This document shows, piece after piece, positions 56,018-64,000 of a stretch of 64,000 nt of DNA. Position 1 is the first letter of the stretch; the number at the start of each line of letters is the position of its first letter. Source of the DNA: an uncultured Gemmatimonadaceae bacterium (GTDB lineage Bacteria > Gemmatimonadota > Gemmatimonadetes > Gemmatimonadales > Gemmatimonadaceae). The stretch is from NCBI GenBank assembly GCA_963829055.1, contig CAWHHI010000012.1:256001-320000 (forward strand), written 5' to 3'. A model generated the notes under the pieces. That model was not told the DNA's origin and did not search any database. It was given only the letters and a program-made list of their open reading frames with translations. The translations under genes and the position numbers were made by a program.

Positions 56018-56115
56018 GCAAGCAGGTACACCGAGCGGCGCGTCGAGGACGCGCCGCTTTCACATCCGCGCGGCGCTACTTGCCTTGGCGTGAGCCGCCG
56101 GGAGATTTCGATCGC

Positions 56116-57543
56116 ATGAGCGATACAACCATTGCCGGCGAGACAAGCGACTCGACGGCGGACGATCGATTGGACGCCGTCGAAGAGAGCGCGGTATGGC
56201 TCGAGCTCAACGGCTCACCCGCGGTCACGTGGATGTGTACGCCCGAGCGACTCGACGAACTGGTGGTGGGGTGGCTGTTTGGCGAGGGCTACATCGACAA
56301 CCAGGCCGAGATCGTGCGCATGCGACCCTGTGCGTCGGAGCTCGGATTCTGGGTCGAGGTGCCGCTCGACAAGTACGACACCGTGGAGCGCGCGGAGCGA
56401 CGCCGAGTACTCGCGTCAGGCTGCGGCGCTGTGACGACGATTCTCGGATCCATGAGCGATGTGCCACGCCGACGCACGCCGAACCCCGAGTTCGACACGC
56501 CGACGCTTCGCCGGCTGTTCAAGGATCTCTTCGCGCGCGGTGAGCGTTACAAGGAGACGGGAGGCATTCACGCCGCCGCGCTGACCGACGGCGCGACGCT
56601 GCTCTATCACGCCGAGGACATCGGCCGGCATAACGCGGTCGACAAGGTGATCGGTGCGGCGGTGCTCGACGGCCGTTCACCGGAAGACCTGACGCTGCTC
56701 GTCACGGGCCGCATTTCGGGAGAGCTGGCCTTCAAAGCGGCGCGCGCGCGTATCGCGACAGTCGCGACGCCGTCGATCCCGTCGACGATCGCGGTGGACA
56801 TCGCGAAGGCCGCGCGCATGACGCTCGTTGGACGGGCGGTGAGTGGGCGACCGCAAATCCACGCGGAATCGGGAATCGGGAATCGGGAATCGGGACCGGT
56901 CCGAATCGGGATCGACGTGAGAGTCACCGGTGCCATCCTCGCTGGTGGGCTCTCGACTCGTTATGGCGGATTGCCGAAAGGGCTCGAGCGCGTGCGCGGC
57001 GTCAGGATCATCGACCGCGTCCGAGCGGCGCTCGAGCCCGTGGTCGACGATCTGCTCATCATCGCCAATGATGAACGCGCGGCGGACTGGCTTCCCGGCA
57101 TTCGCTGCGAGCAGGATGTGCTGCGGAACGTCGGCAGCGTCGCCGGGATTCACGCGGCGCTCGTCCACGCGGCGTCGCCGGTGCTCGCGGTCGCGTGGGA
57201 CATGCCGTTCGTGCCAACCCCGCTGCTTCGCGCGCTGCGCGATGCTGGCGAGAATGCGGACGCCGCTGTGCCCGAGAGCGATTCGCGCCGCGGGCTCGAG
57301 CCGCTGTGCGCCTACTACACGCCGGCATGCGTCGTGGCGATCGAACGACGCATCGCGGCCGACGACCGACGCGTGATCGCGTTCTACGACGACGTCAGGG
57401 TCGTTCGAGTGCCGGCGACGGAGGTTGCACGGTTCGGGGACCCCGCCCTTCTCTTCATGAACGTCAACACGCCCGAGGAGCGCATCCTCGCGGAGGCACA
57501 TGGCGCGTCCACCGATGGTGGCCGTGATCGGCAAGAAGCATAG
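56116..57543 (+). CDS. FdhD sulfurtransferase read in-frame into MobA molybdenum cofactor guanylyltransferase (MobA part starts GTG 56917)
   Basis: FdhD: MCTP, SGCG, TGGIHAA, EDIGRHNAVDK, TGRIS. MobA: ILAGGLSTRYG..KG, AWDMP, EPLCAYY, FMNVNTPEE. Confidence 0.88.
   Translation: MSDTTIAGETSDSTADDRLDAVEESAVWLELNGSPAVTWMCTPERLDELVVGWLFGEGYIDNQAEIVRMRPCASELGFWVEVPLDKYDTVERAERRRVLASGCGAVTTILGSMSDVPRRRTPNPEFDTPTLRRLFKDLFARGERYKETGGIHAAALTDGATLLYHAEDIGRHNAVDKVIGAAVLDGRSPEDLTLLVTGRISGELAFKAARARIATVATPSIPSTIAVDIAKAARMTLVGRAVSGRPQIHAESGIGNRESGPVRIGIDVRVTGAILAGGLSTRYGGLPKGLERVRGVRIIDRVRAALEPVVDDLLIIANDERAADWLPGIRCEQDVLRNVGSVAGIHAALVHAASPVLAVAWDMPFVPTPLLRALRDAGENADAAVPESDSRRGLEPLCAYYTPACVVAIERRIAADDRRVIAFYDDVRVVRVPATEVARFGDPALLFMNVNTPEERILAEAHGASTDGGRDRQEA
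56865..56892 (+). repeat. Heptanucleotide tandem repeat (GGAATCG)x4
   Basis: Read directly; lies in the FdhD-MobA junction, with a partial copy at about 56903. Confidence 0.9.
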
Positions 57544-58036
57544 CGGTAAGACAACGCTGACCGTGCGCCTCTGCGCGGAGCTGCACCGACGCGGTCATCG
57601 CGTCATGACGATCAAGCACGGGTCCCACACGTTCAACATCGACCCGTCGACCACCGACACGTATCGCCACTACCACGAGGGGCAGGTCGAGCGGGTGGCG
57701 ATGGCGGCGCCAGACAAGTTCGCGCTGATCGTGCGGTGGGGCGAGGAGCAAGGGCCGGAGGAGATCGCGGCTCGTCACATGAGCGATGCCGACATCGTCG
57801 TCTGCGAGGGCTTCAAGCGGTCACGGCTCCCAAAGATCGAGATCTACCGTCACGCTGCCCACGCCACGCCGCTGTTCGACCCCACGATGGCGGCGCCTGG
57901 CGACTATGTTGCGATCGTCACTGACGCCCCGCTCCCGGCCGCGGGTGTCCCCGTGATCCGACTCGATGACGAAGCATGGCTCGACGCCCTTGCCGACCTC
58001 GTGGAGCGACGCATCATGAAAGCCGATCCGGTATGA
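57500..58036 (+). CDS. mobB: Molybdopterin-guanine dinucleotide biosynthesis protein B
   Basis: GKKHSGKTTL, IKHGSH, DTYRH, DIVVCEGFK, PKIEI. Confidence 0.92.
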   Translation: MARPPMVAVIGKKHSGKTTLTVRLCAELHRRGHRVMTIKHGSHTFNIDPSTTDTYRHYHEGQVERVAMAAPDKFALIVRWGEEQGPEEIAARHMSDADIVVCEGFKRSRLPKIEIYRHAAHATPLFDPTMAAPGDYVAIVTDAPLPAAGVPVIRLDDEAWLDALADLVERRIMKADPV

Positions 58037-59649
58037 CCAGGCATGGCGCTCATCACCCTCGAAGAGGTCTCGACATGATGCGAACGGAGTCGTCGAGGCA
58101 GCTTCGATCGCGGGTCGTGCACCGCCGTCCCGGCCACACTCGGCGGGCCGTGGCAGCGACGTTAGGCGTGCTCGGCGCGGTCGGCTGTGCATCTGCCCGC
58201 GGTCGCTCCGGCGGATCACCTGGCACACGAGCCGAATTACGCCACGCGATCGACTCCATGGTGGCGCAGCCCAAGTTCAGCAACGCTCACTGGGGAATCC
58301 TGATCGTGGACCCGGAGCGTGGCGACACGCTCTATTCGCATAACGCGGGCAAGCTGTTCATGCCGGCGTCGAACCAGAAGATCGTCACGGGCTCGGTAGC
58401 GCTCACGCTTCTCGGCCCGGACTACCAGTTCAACACGGTGTACTCCGCGCGCGGGCCGATCGAAGGTGGCGTGCTGCGGGGCGACCTCGTCGTAGAAGGT
58501 CGCGGAGACCCGTCGATGAGCGATCACATGCGGGGCGACGTGATGCAGGCGCTCCGCACCGTGCCCGACTCGCTTCGAGCGCACGACGTACGCTACGTGT
58601 CGGGCAGGCTGCAACGCGGCGGCGACGCGTTTCCGGACGCGTGGCACGGCTTCGGCTGGGCGTGGGATGACTTCGATTTCGGATATTCCGCCGGCGTCGA
58701 TGAACTGTTCTTCAACGAAGGCATGTTCACCATCACGGTGCGAGGCGGTCAGCGGGAGGGCGCGCGAGCCACCGTTACGGTGAAGCCGGACATTGGATAC
58801 CCGTCGCTGCGATCGTTCGTGACGACGGTCCGTCGCCCGGACTCCACGCGAGGGCCGGACGGAATGATGGGGCTTCCGCGAATGCGATCGCCGAACGCAT
58901 CCGCGGATAGCGCGAGCGGCGTCGTCACGCTCAGCGGGCAGATCGCCATCGGCGATTCGGCAACCGTCGAGGTAGCGTACCGGGACCCGGGACTCGCGTA
59001 TCTGTATGCGCTGCGCCGCACGCTTGCCGACCAGGCGCTCACGGTCGAGGGCGGGCTCGACCCGCGGCCGGGTCGCGATACCACCGCGAAGCTGGACACG
59101 CTCTTCGTGATGAAGTCGCCGCCACTCCGTGAGATTCTGCCGGCGCTCGAGAAGCCATCGCAGAATCAGATCGCCGAGATCCTCTACAAGACCCTCGGCC
59201 TGGAGCGGGCGGGTGTCGGCACGGCCGATAGCGGACGCGCCGTGATCGAACGGCAGCTCACGAGCTGGGGCATTGCGCCGACCTCATTCGCGGTTCGCGA
59301 TGGCAGCGGCCTCTCGCGTCACGACTACATCGCGCCCGACGCCGTGGTCCGTGTCCTGGATGCGATGCGTCGCAGTCCCAACTTCGCGGTGTTCCGCGAC
59401 GCGCTGCCGCTCGCAGGGGTGGACGGCACCATCGCGAATCGAATGCGGGGCACCGCGGCGGCCGGGAACGTGCACGCCAAGACAGGGTTCGTGGACAAGG
59501 CCCGGTCGCTGTCAGGGTACGTCACGACTGCGAACGGTCGGATCCTGATCTTCAGCCTCCTGTGCAACAACTGGACGACGCCGCAACGCGACGTAGACCA
59601 GGTCGCCGACGCGATCGCTGTTCGCCTCGCCGGCCTCTCCGGGCGCTGA
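58033..59649 (+). CDS. dacB: D-Ala-D-Ala carboxypeptidase/endopeptidase PBP4 (peptidase S13), likely lipoprotein; start uncertain
   Basis: PASNQK, GRGDP, SQN, DGSGLSR, AGVDGT, AKTG. Confidence 0.93.
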   Translation: MTRHGAHHPRRGLDMMRTESSRQLRSRVVHRRPGHTRRAVAATLGVLGAVGCASARGRSGGSPGTRAELRHAIDSMVAQPKFSNAHWGILIVDPERGDTLYSHNAGKLFMPASNQKIVTGSVALTLLGPDYQFNTVYSARGPIEGGVLRGDLVVEGRGDPSMSDHMRGDVMQALRTVPDSLRAHDVRYVSGRLQRGGDAFPDAWHGFGWAWDDFDFGYSAGVDELFFNEGMFTITVRGGQREGARATVTVKPDIGYPSLRSFVTTVRRPDSTRGPDGMMGLPRMRSPNASADSASGVVTLSGQIAIGDSATVEVAYRDPGLAYLYALRRTLADQALTVEGGLDPRPGRDTTAKLDTLFVMKSPPLREILPALEKPSQNQIAEILYKTLGLERAGVGTADSGRAVIERQLTSWGIAPTSFAVRDGSGLSRHDYIAPDAVVRVLDAMRRSPNFAVFRDALPLAGVDGTIANRMRGTAAAGNVHAKTGFVDKARSLSGYVTTANGRILIFSLLCNNWTTPQRDVDQVADAIAVRLAGLSGR

Positions 59650-59654
59650 CGCCA

Positions 59655-60905
59655 ATGCAGACCGTGGCGGAAGCAAGCGGCCGGATTCTCCAGCACATCA
59701 CTCGGCTCGGGGTCGAGCGCGTCCCGCTCCTGGACTCGTTAGGCCGCGTGCTCGCGGAGCAGGTGCGCGCGCCGATGACGCTGCCGGCATGGGCCAACTC
59801 GGCCATGGACGGCTACGCCGTGCGCGCCGTAGACATCGATGGTGTCACGCCCGAGCGGCCCGTTCGCCTGCGCGTGCTCGAGACCGTCGCCGCCGGCGGC
59901 TTCGCGACGCAGCCGGTGGCCGCTGGCAGCGCCATCCGCATCATGACTGGCGCGCCGCTTCCCGAGGCCGCGGATACCGTCGTGCGCGTGGAAGACACGG
60001 ACGGCGGTACTGAAACCGTGGTCGTTCGCGACGCGCGGGATGCACGCCGCAACGTGCGTCCCCGCGGCGAAGACTTCGAGGAAGGCGACCTCCTGCTGGA
60101 TGTGGGCGCGGCGTTGGGCGCCGCTCAGATCGGGATTCTCGCGTCCGTCGGACGATCATCCGCGGACGTCTTCCGCCGACCGCGCGTCGCCATCCTCGGC
60201 TCCGGTGACGAGCTCGTCGACGTCGACCGGTTCCACGAAGTGCTCGCCGGCCGCAAGATCATCTCGTCCAACGGCTACACGCTGCAGGCGCTCGTGCGTG
60301 ACGCCGGCGGAGTTCCCGTGCACCTCGGCGTGGCGGCGGACGATCCGGCATCGTTGCGGGACCATCTCCAACGCGCGATCGGGTGCGATCTCCTGATCAC
60401 GTCCGCCGGCGTGTCCGTCGGCGAGTTCGACTACACGCGCGACGTGATCTCGGCGTTAGGCGCCGAGATGAAGTTCTGGCGCGTGCGCATGCGTCCGGGT
60501 GCCCCGCTGGGGTTCGGCCTGCTCGGCACCATGCCGTGGATCGGTCTGCCGGGAAATCCTGTGTCGGCGATGGTCACGTTCGAGCTGTTCGTGCGGCCCG
60601 TCATCCGTCGCATGCTCGGACACACGAGGCTGTTCCGACGACCGGTGTCTGTCGTCCTCGAGGAGCGCGTCACGATTGGCGCACGACTGACGCACTTCCT
60701 CCGCGCCATCGTGAGCACGCGCGATGACGGAACGGCGACGGCTCGGCTCACGGGGCCGCAGGGTTCGGGAATCCTGACGTCGATGTCCCTCGCGAACGCG
60801 TTGCTCGTCGTCCCCGAGGACCGCCCCGTTGTAGAAGCTGGAGAGATGCTGCACGCGTTGCCGCTGGGCGACACCGCCGGCCTAACGACGCAGTTCGCAC
60901 TCTGA
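59655..60905 (+). CDS. moeA: Molybdopterin molybdotransferase
   Basis: SAMDGYA, RIMTGAPLP, GDEL, GVSVGEFD, GLPGNPVS, QGSG. Confidence 0.95.
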   Translation: MQTVAEASGRILQHITRLGVERVPLLDSLGRVLAEQVRAPMTLPAWANSAMDGYAVRAVDIDGVTPERPVRLRVLETVAAGGFATQPVAAGSAIRIMTGAPLPEAADTVVRVEDTDGGTETVVVRDARDARRNVRPRGEDFEEGDLLLDVGAALGAAQIGILASVGRSSADVFRRPRVAILGSGDELVDVDRFHEVLAGRKIISSNGYTLQALVRDAGGVPVHLGVAADDPASLRDHLQRAIGCDLLITSAGVSVGEFDYTRDVISALGAEMKFWRVRMRPGAPLGFGLLGTMPWIGLPGNPVSAMVTFELFVRPVIRRMLGHTRLFRRPVSVVLEERVTIGARLTHFLRAIVSTRDDGTATARLTGPQGSGILTSMSLANALLVVPEDRPVVEAGEMLHALPLGDTAGLTTQFAL

Positions 60906-61615
60906 TGATATCGCTGGAAGCACCCGCTCTGTCGCCGGAACAGGCCGCCGTCGTGCAGCAGACGCTCGACGACCTGAACACGCAGTTCGACGTCGTTCAG
61001 ACCGACATCCGCATCGGGCCGCGCGTGGTCACCTTGCACCATCCGCGGGACGCCGACGACCTCATCGACGAGGCTGCGTTCGCGATCGATGAGCGACTCC
61101 CGTACTGGGCGGACGTCTGGCCGTCCGCACGTGTGCTCGCGGAACGATTGCTGACGACGCGCGTGGACGAACGACGGTTGCTGGAGATCGGGTGCGGCTC
61201 GGGGCTCGTGTCGGTTGCGGCCGCGATCGCCGGGTTCGACGTCACGTCGACCGACTACTACGACGAAGCGCTCCGGTTCACGGCGCTGAACGTCCTCGTG
61301 AACACGGGCGTCCTCATCGACACGCGCGCTGCCGACTGGCGACGATTCCCGCACGACATCGGACGATTCGATCTCGTCGTCGCGTCGGATGTCCTGTACG
61401 AGCCAGAGCACGCATCGCTCGTGGCCGCGGTGATCGACCGAACGCTGACAGCGCGCGGCTCCGCGATGATCGCGGACCCCGGTCGGCTCGCCGCGCCTCA
61501 GTTCGTGGAGCAGTGCAAGGAACGCGGGATGCCTGCGGCAATCGTGGACCGGATTCCGTTCGAGGAAGGCGAGATCAGGCAGACCATCGACATCTACGAA
61601 GTGCGACGGCGGTAG
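60905..61615 (+). CDS. Class I SAM-dependent methyltransferase (Methyltransf_16-like)
   Basis: LPYWADVWPS, LEIGCGSG, TDY, ASDVLYE, ADPGR. Confidence 0.88.
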   Translation: MISLEAPALSPEQAAVVQQTLDDLNTQFDVVQTDIRIGPRVVTLHHPRDADDLIDEAAFAIDERLPYWADVWPSARVLAERLLTTRVDERRLLEIGCGSGLVSVAAAIAGFDVTSTDYYDEALRFTALNVLVNTGVLIDTRAADWRRFPHDIGRFDLVVASDVLYEPEHASLVAAVIDRTLTARGSAMIADPGRLAAPQFVEQCKERGMPAAIVDRIPFEEGEIRQTIDIYEVRRR

Positions 61616-61797
61616 CTGGTCCCTGGAAGTTTGGAATGAAGATCACCGTCTCGAGACAACGGCCTGCATAACGCGGCTCCCGGCATTACCGGCACCCCGG
61701 CTGAGGCGTCCAACCACGAGAGGCTTCGCGCGCCGAATCGGGTCCGGCCGGGCCCTGTGGACAATCGGCGAATTCGTTCCCAGTCAATCCGTTCCGC

Positions 61798-62412
61798 GTG
61801 GCGGTGAACTTCAAGTACGGCGCCGAGGCCTTCGCGATGGCCGGCATCGCATATGGTCTGATCAAGTGGGTTGGCCGCAACGTGCGGTCGCTCCTCTCGG
61901 ACGCACGCCGCGAGGAGGGCCGCATCGCAGCCCTCGCCGCCGACATTCCCGCCGTAGCCGGCGACGCGCTCGTTCGACGGGGCATCGTGTCGGCCGATGA
62001 CTTTCAACGCATGACGCCGCGTGAGCGCGGGTTCCTGCTCGCGTCCATGCGACTGCCGGCGGGTGAGAGTGTCGCGGAAGAAGGTGCGACGAAGCGCACC
62101 ACGCCCCTGCCTGGCACTAGCGCGGGCGCGAGCACCACCACAACCACAACGACGACGCGCCGCTCGGCCCCAACGCCGACGCGCCTGCACCTCATCACGC
62201 CGTCGCGACCGCCGCTCGGCGTCGCGGTTCACTGCCCCGGCTGCGGCGCGCTACTCGATCGCGACACGCTGCAGCGGCTTGGAGCGACCACGTGTCAGCG
62301 GTGCAAGCGGCCGATCTCCGCGCACATCCAGCGCGACCGCCTAACGGTGATCGTCGAGGCGACGCCGGAAGAGGCCGAGCATCGTCGTCGCGTGGACGGG
62401 AGTCATTCGTAG
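61798..62412 (+). CDS. Hypothetical protein with a TM segment and C-terminal zinc ribbon; start uncertain
   Basis: CPGC...CQRC motif; Thr-rich linker; coding-like codon usage. Confidence 0.6.
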   Translation: MAVNFKYGAEAFAMAGIAYGLIKWVGRNVRSLLSDARREEGRIAALAADIPAVAGDALVRRGIVSADDFQRMTPRERGFLLASMRLPAGESVAEEGATKRTTPLPGTSAGASTTTTTTTTRRSAPTPTRLHLITPSRPPLGVAVHCPGCGALLDRDTLQRLGATTCQRCKRPISAHIQRDRLTVIVEATPEEAEHRRRVDGSHS

Positions 62413-62521
62413 CGTCACGCGGACCTGACGGCGAGATACAGCGTCTGGAACGGCACCTCTACCGGGACGCCAAGGATTCTCTCGACTGCGCGGCTGCCGC
62501 TCGCTCGGAATGACATCGGTG

Positions 62522-64000
62522 TCAGCTCGAGAGCTGGCCGGCGACGACCTCGGCGATGTCGTACACGGGAACGTCGGAGCCGACCGACTTCGCGCCATCC
62601 GAGATCATCGTCATGCAGAACGGGCAGGCAACGGCGAGGGCGTCCGCACCAGTCGCGAGTAGCTCCTCGGTACGTTCGACGTTGATCCGCTTCCCTTCTT
62701 TTTCTTCCATCCACATGCGCCCGCCGCCGGCGCCGCAGCACAGGCCACGGCTACGATTACGTGGCGGCTCGGCAATGGTCACGACGGGAAGCGCTCGCTT
62801 GAGCGTCTCGCGCGGCGCGTCGTAGACGTCGTTATAGCGACCGAGGTAGCAGCTGTCGTGGTACGCCACCACGAGCTGCTTGCCGTTGTCCGTGCGGAGC
62901 GGCACCAGCTCCTGCTGCAGCAGTCGCTCGATGTAGGTCGAGTGGTGGATGACCTCGTAGTTGCCACCGAGCTGCGGGTACTCGTTGCCCATCTGGTGGA
63001 AGCAGTGTGGGCACGTCGTGACGATCGTCGTGACCTGGTAGCGATCCAGTGTCTCGATGGTCTGCCGCGCGAGCATCTGATACAGGTACTCGTTACCCAT
63101 CCGTCGCGCGGGATCACCGTTGCACGACTCTTCCTGACCGAGGATCGCGAAGCGGATGTTCGCCGCGTTGAGGATGCGCGCGAACGCGACGGCAATCTTC
63201 TTCGCGCGATCGTCGAACGATCCCATGCAGCCCACCCAGAACAGGACGTCGGGACGCTCGCCGCGCTCCGCGAACTCGGCCATCGTCGTCACCCCGAGGC
63301 CGTCGGCCCAGCGTCCACGGTCCGCGGGTTGGAACTTCCATGGCGCGCCATTCCGCTCGAGCGCTTCGAAGGCGGGCTGTATCTCCTCGGGAAATCGGGA
63401 TTCCGTGAGAACGAGATTGCGACGTAGCTGGTTGATGACATCGAGCTGATCGATCGAGACGGGACATTCCGTAACGCACGCGCGGCACGACGTACACGCC
63501 CACAGCTCGTCTTCCGTGATGTAGTTATCCAGAAGTCGATTCGACGTGAGCTCGCTGAGCGTCGTTGCTCCAGCGTCGGCACCTTCGCCGGCGGCGAGCG
63601 CAGGGGCGACCACTTCCGAGCGATCGCCGACGAGCAGCGGCGCAAGCTCCAACGTCCGCTGGCGAACGTTCACCACGATCTTGCGTGGGCTCAGCGGCTT
63701 GCCGGTAATGTTCGCGGGGCACGCCGCCGTGCAGCGGCCGCACTCGGTGCACGAGTACCCGTCGAGCAGATTCTTCCACGTCAGATCCTTCACGTCCGAC
63801 GCGCCGAACTGCTCGACCTCCGCCTCGAGGTCCATGGGGCGCATCACGCCGACCTGGCCAGGGCCGCTCGTGTTCGAGAAGTACGTGTTAGGCAGCGACG
63901 TGATGACGTGCAGGTGCTTCGAGTACGGCAGATAGTTCAGGAACACGAGCAGAAGCACGGCATGCATCCACCAGCTCACGCGAGCGATCGGCGATGCGAT
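62522..64000 (-). CDS. Membrane Fe-S oxidoreductase (FadF/HdrD-like, CCG domains), 5' end outside window
   Basis: PYSKHLH, CTECGRCTAACP, CTSCRACVTECP, TCPHC, YHDSCYLGR, CCGAGGG, ACPFC. Confidence 0.92.
   Translation of the reverse strand: MASPIARVSWWMHAVLLLVFLNYLPYSKHLHVITSLPNTYFSNTSGPGQVGVMRPMDLEAEVEQFGASDVKDLTWKNLLDGYSCTECGRCTAACPANITGKPLSPRKIVVNVRQRTLELAPLLVGDRSEVVAPALAAGEGADAGATTLSELTSNRLLDNYITEDELWACTSCRACVTECPVSIDQLDVINQLRRNLVLTESRFPEEIQPAFEALERNGAPWKFQPADRGRWADGLGVTTMAEFAERGERPDVLFWVGCMGSFDDRAKKIAVAFARILNAANIRFAILGQEESCNGDPARRMGNEYLYQMLARQTIETLDRYQVTTIVTTCPHCFHQMGNEYPQLGGNYEVIHHSTYIERLLQQELVPLRTDNGKQLVVAYHDSCYLGRYNDVYDAPRETLKRALPVVTIAEPPRNRSRGLCCGAGGGRMWMEEKEGKRINVERTEELLATGADALAVACPFCMTMISDGAKSVGSDVPVYDIAEVVAGQLSS

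Overview
High-GC (roughly two-thirds G+C, estimated by eye), densely coded chromosomal core region. Gene content and style suggest a Gemmatimonadota-like bacterium (inference, not verified). It holds about 55 genes: engB, a PilB/GspE ATPase fused to a receiver domain, trpE, an FHA-GAF adenylate cyclase, LPS kinase and heptosyltransferase, maf, dtd, a flippase, glmS/glmM, two chemoreceptors, purD, mutM, a UvrC-like nuclease, a ubiE-ubiD-ubiA-ubiX quinone cluster, an ECF sigma/anti-sigma operon, mrp/nifU/nrnA, guaB, a peptidoglycan-remodelling cluster, gpmI, and fdhD/mobA/mobB/moeA. I found no rRNA, tRNA, CRISPR array, transposase, integrase or phage genes. About 13 or more small frameshifts in otherwise intact genes, all in the first 38 kb, are most likely long-read indel errors. 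The strongest unexplained signal is the octamer CGTTAGGC/GCCTAACG: at least 26 exact copies plus 14 one-mismatch copies (manual count), on both strands, mostly inside genes and in several reading frames, where it forces rare codons. This pattern resembles a DNA-uptake-type or other chromosome-wide signal. Other notable items are a heptamer repeat that determines whether fdhD and mobA are fused, and an apparently catalytically dead L,D-transpeptidase paired with an active one.
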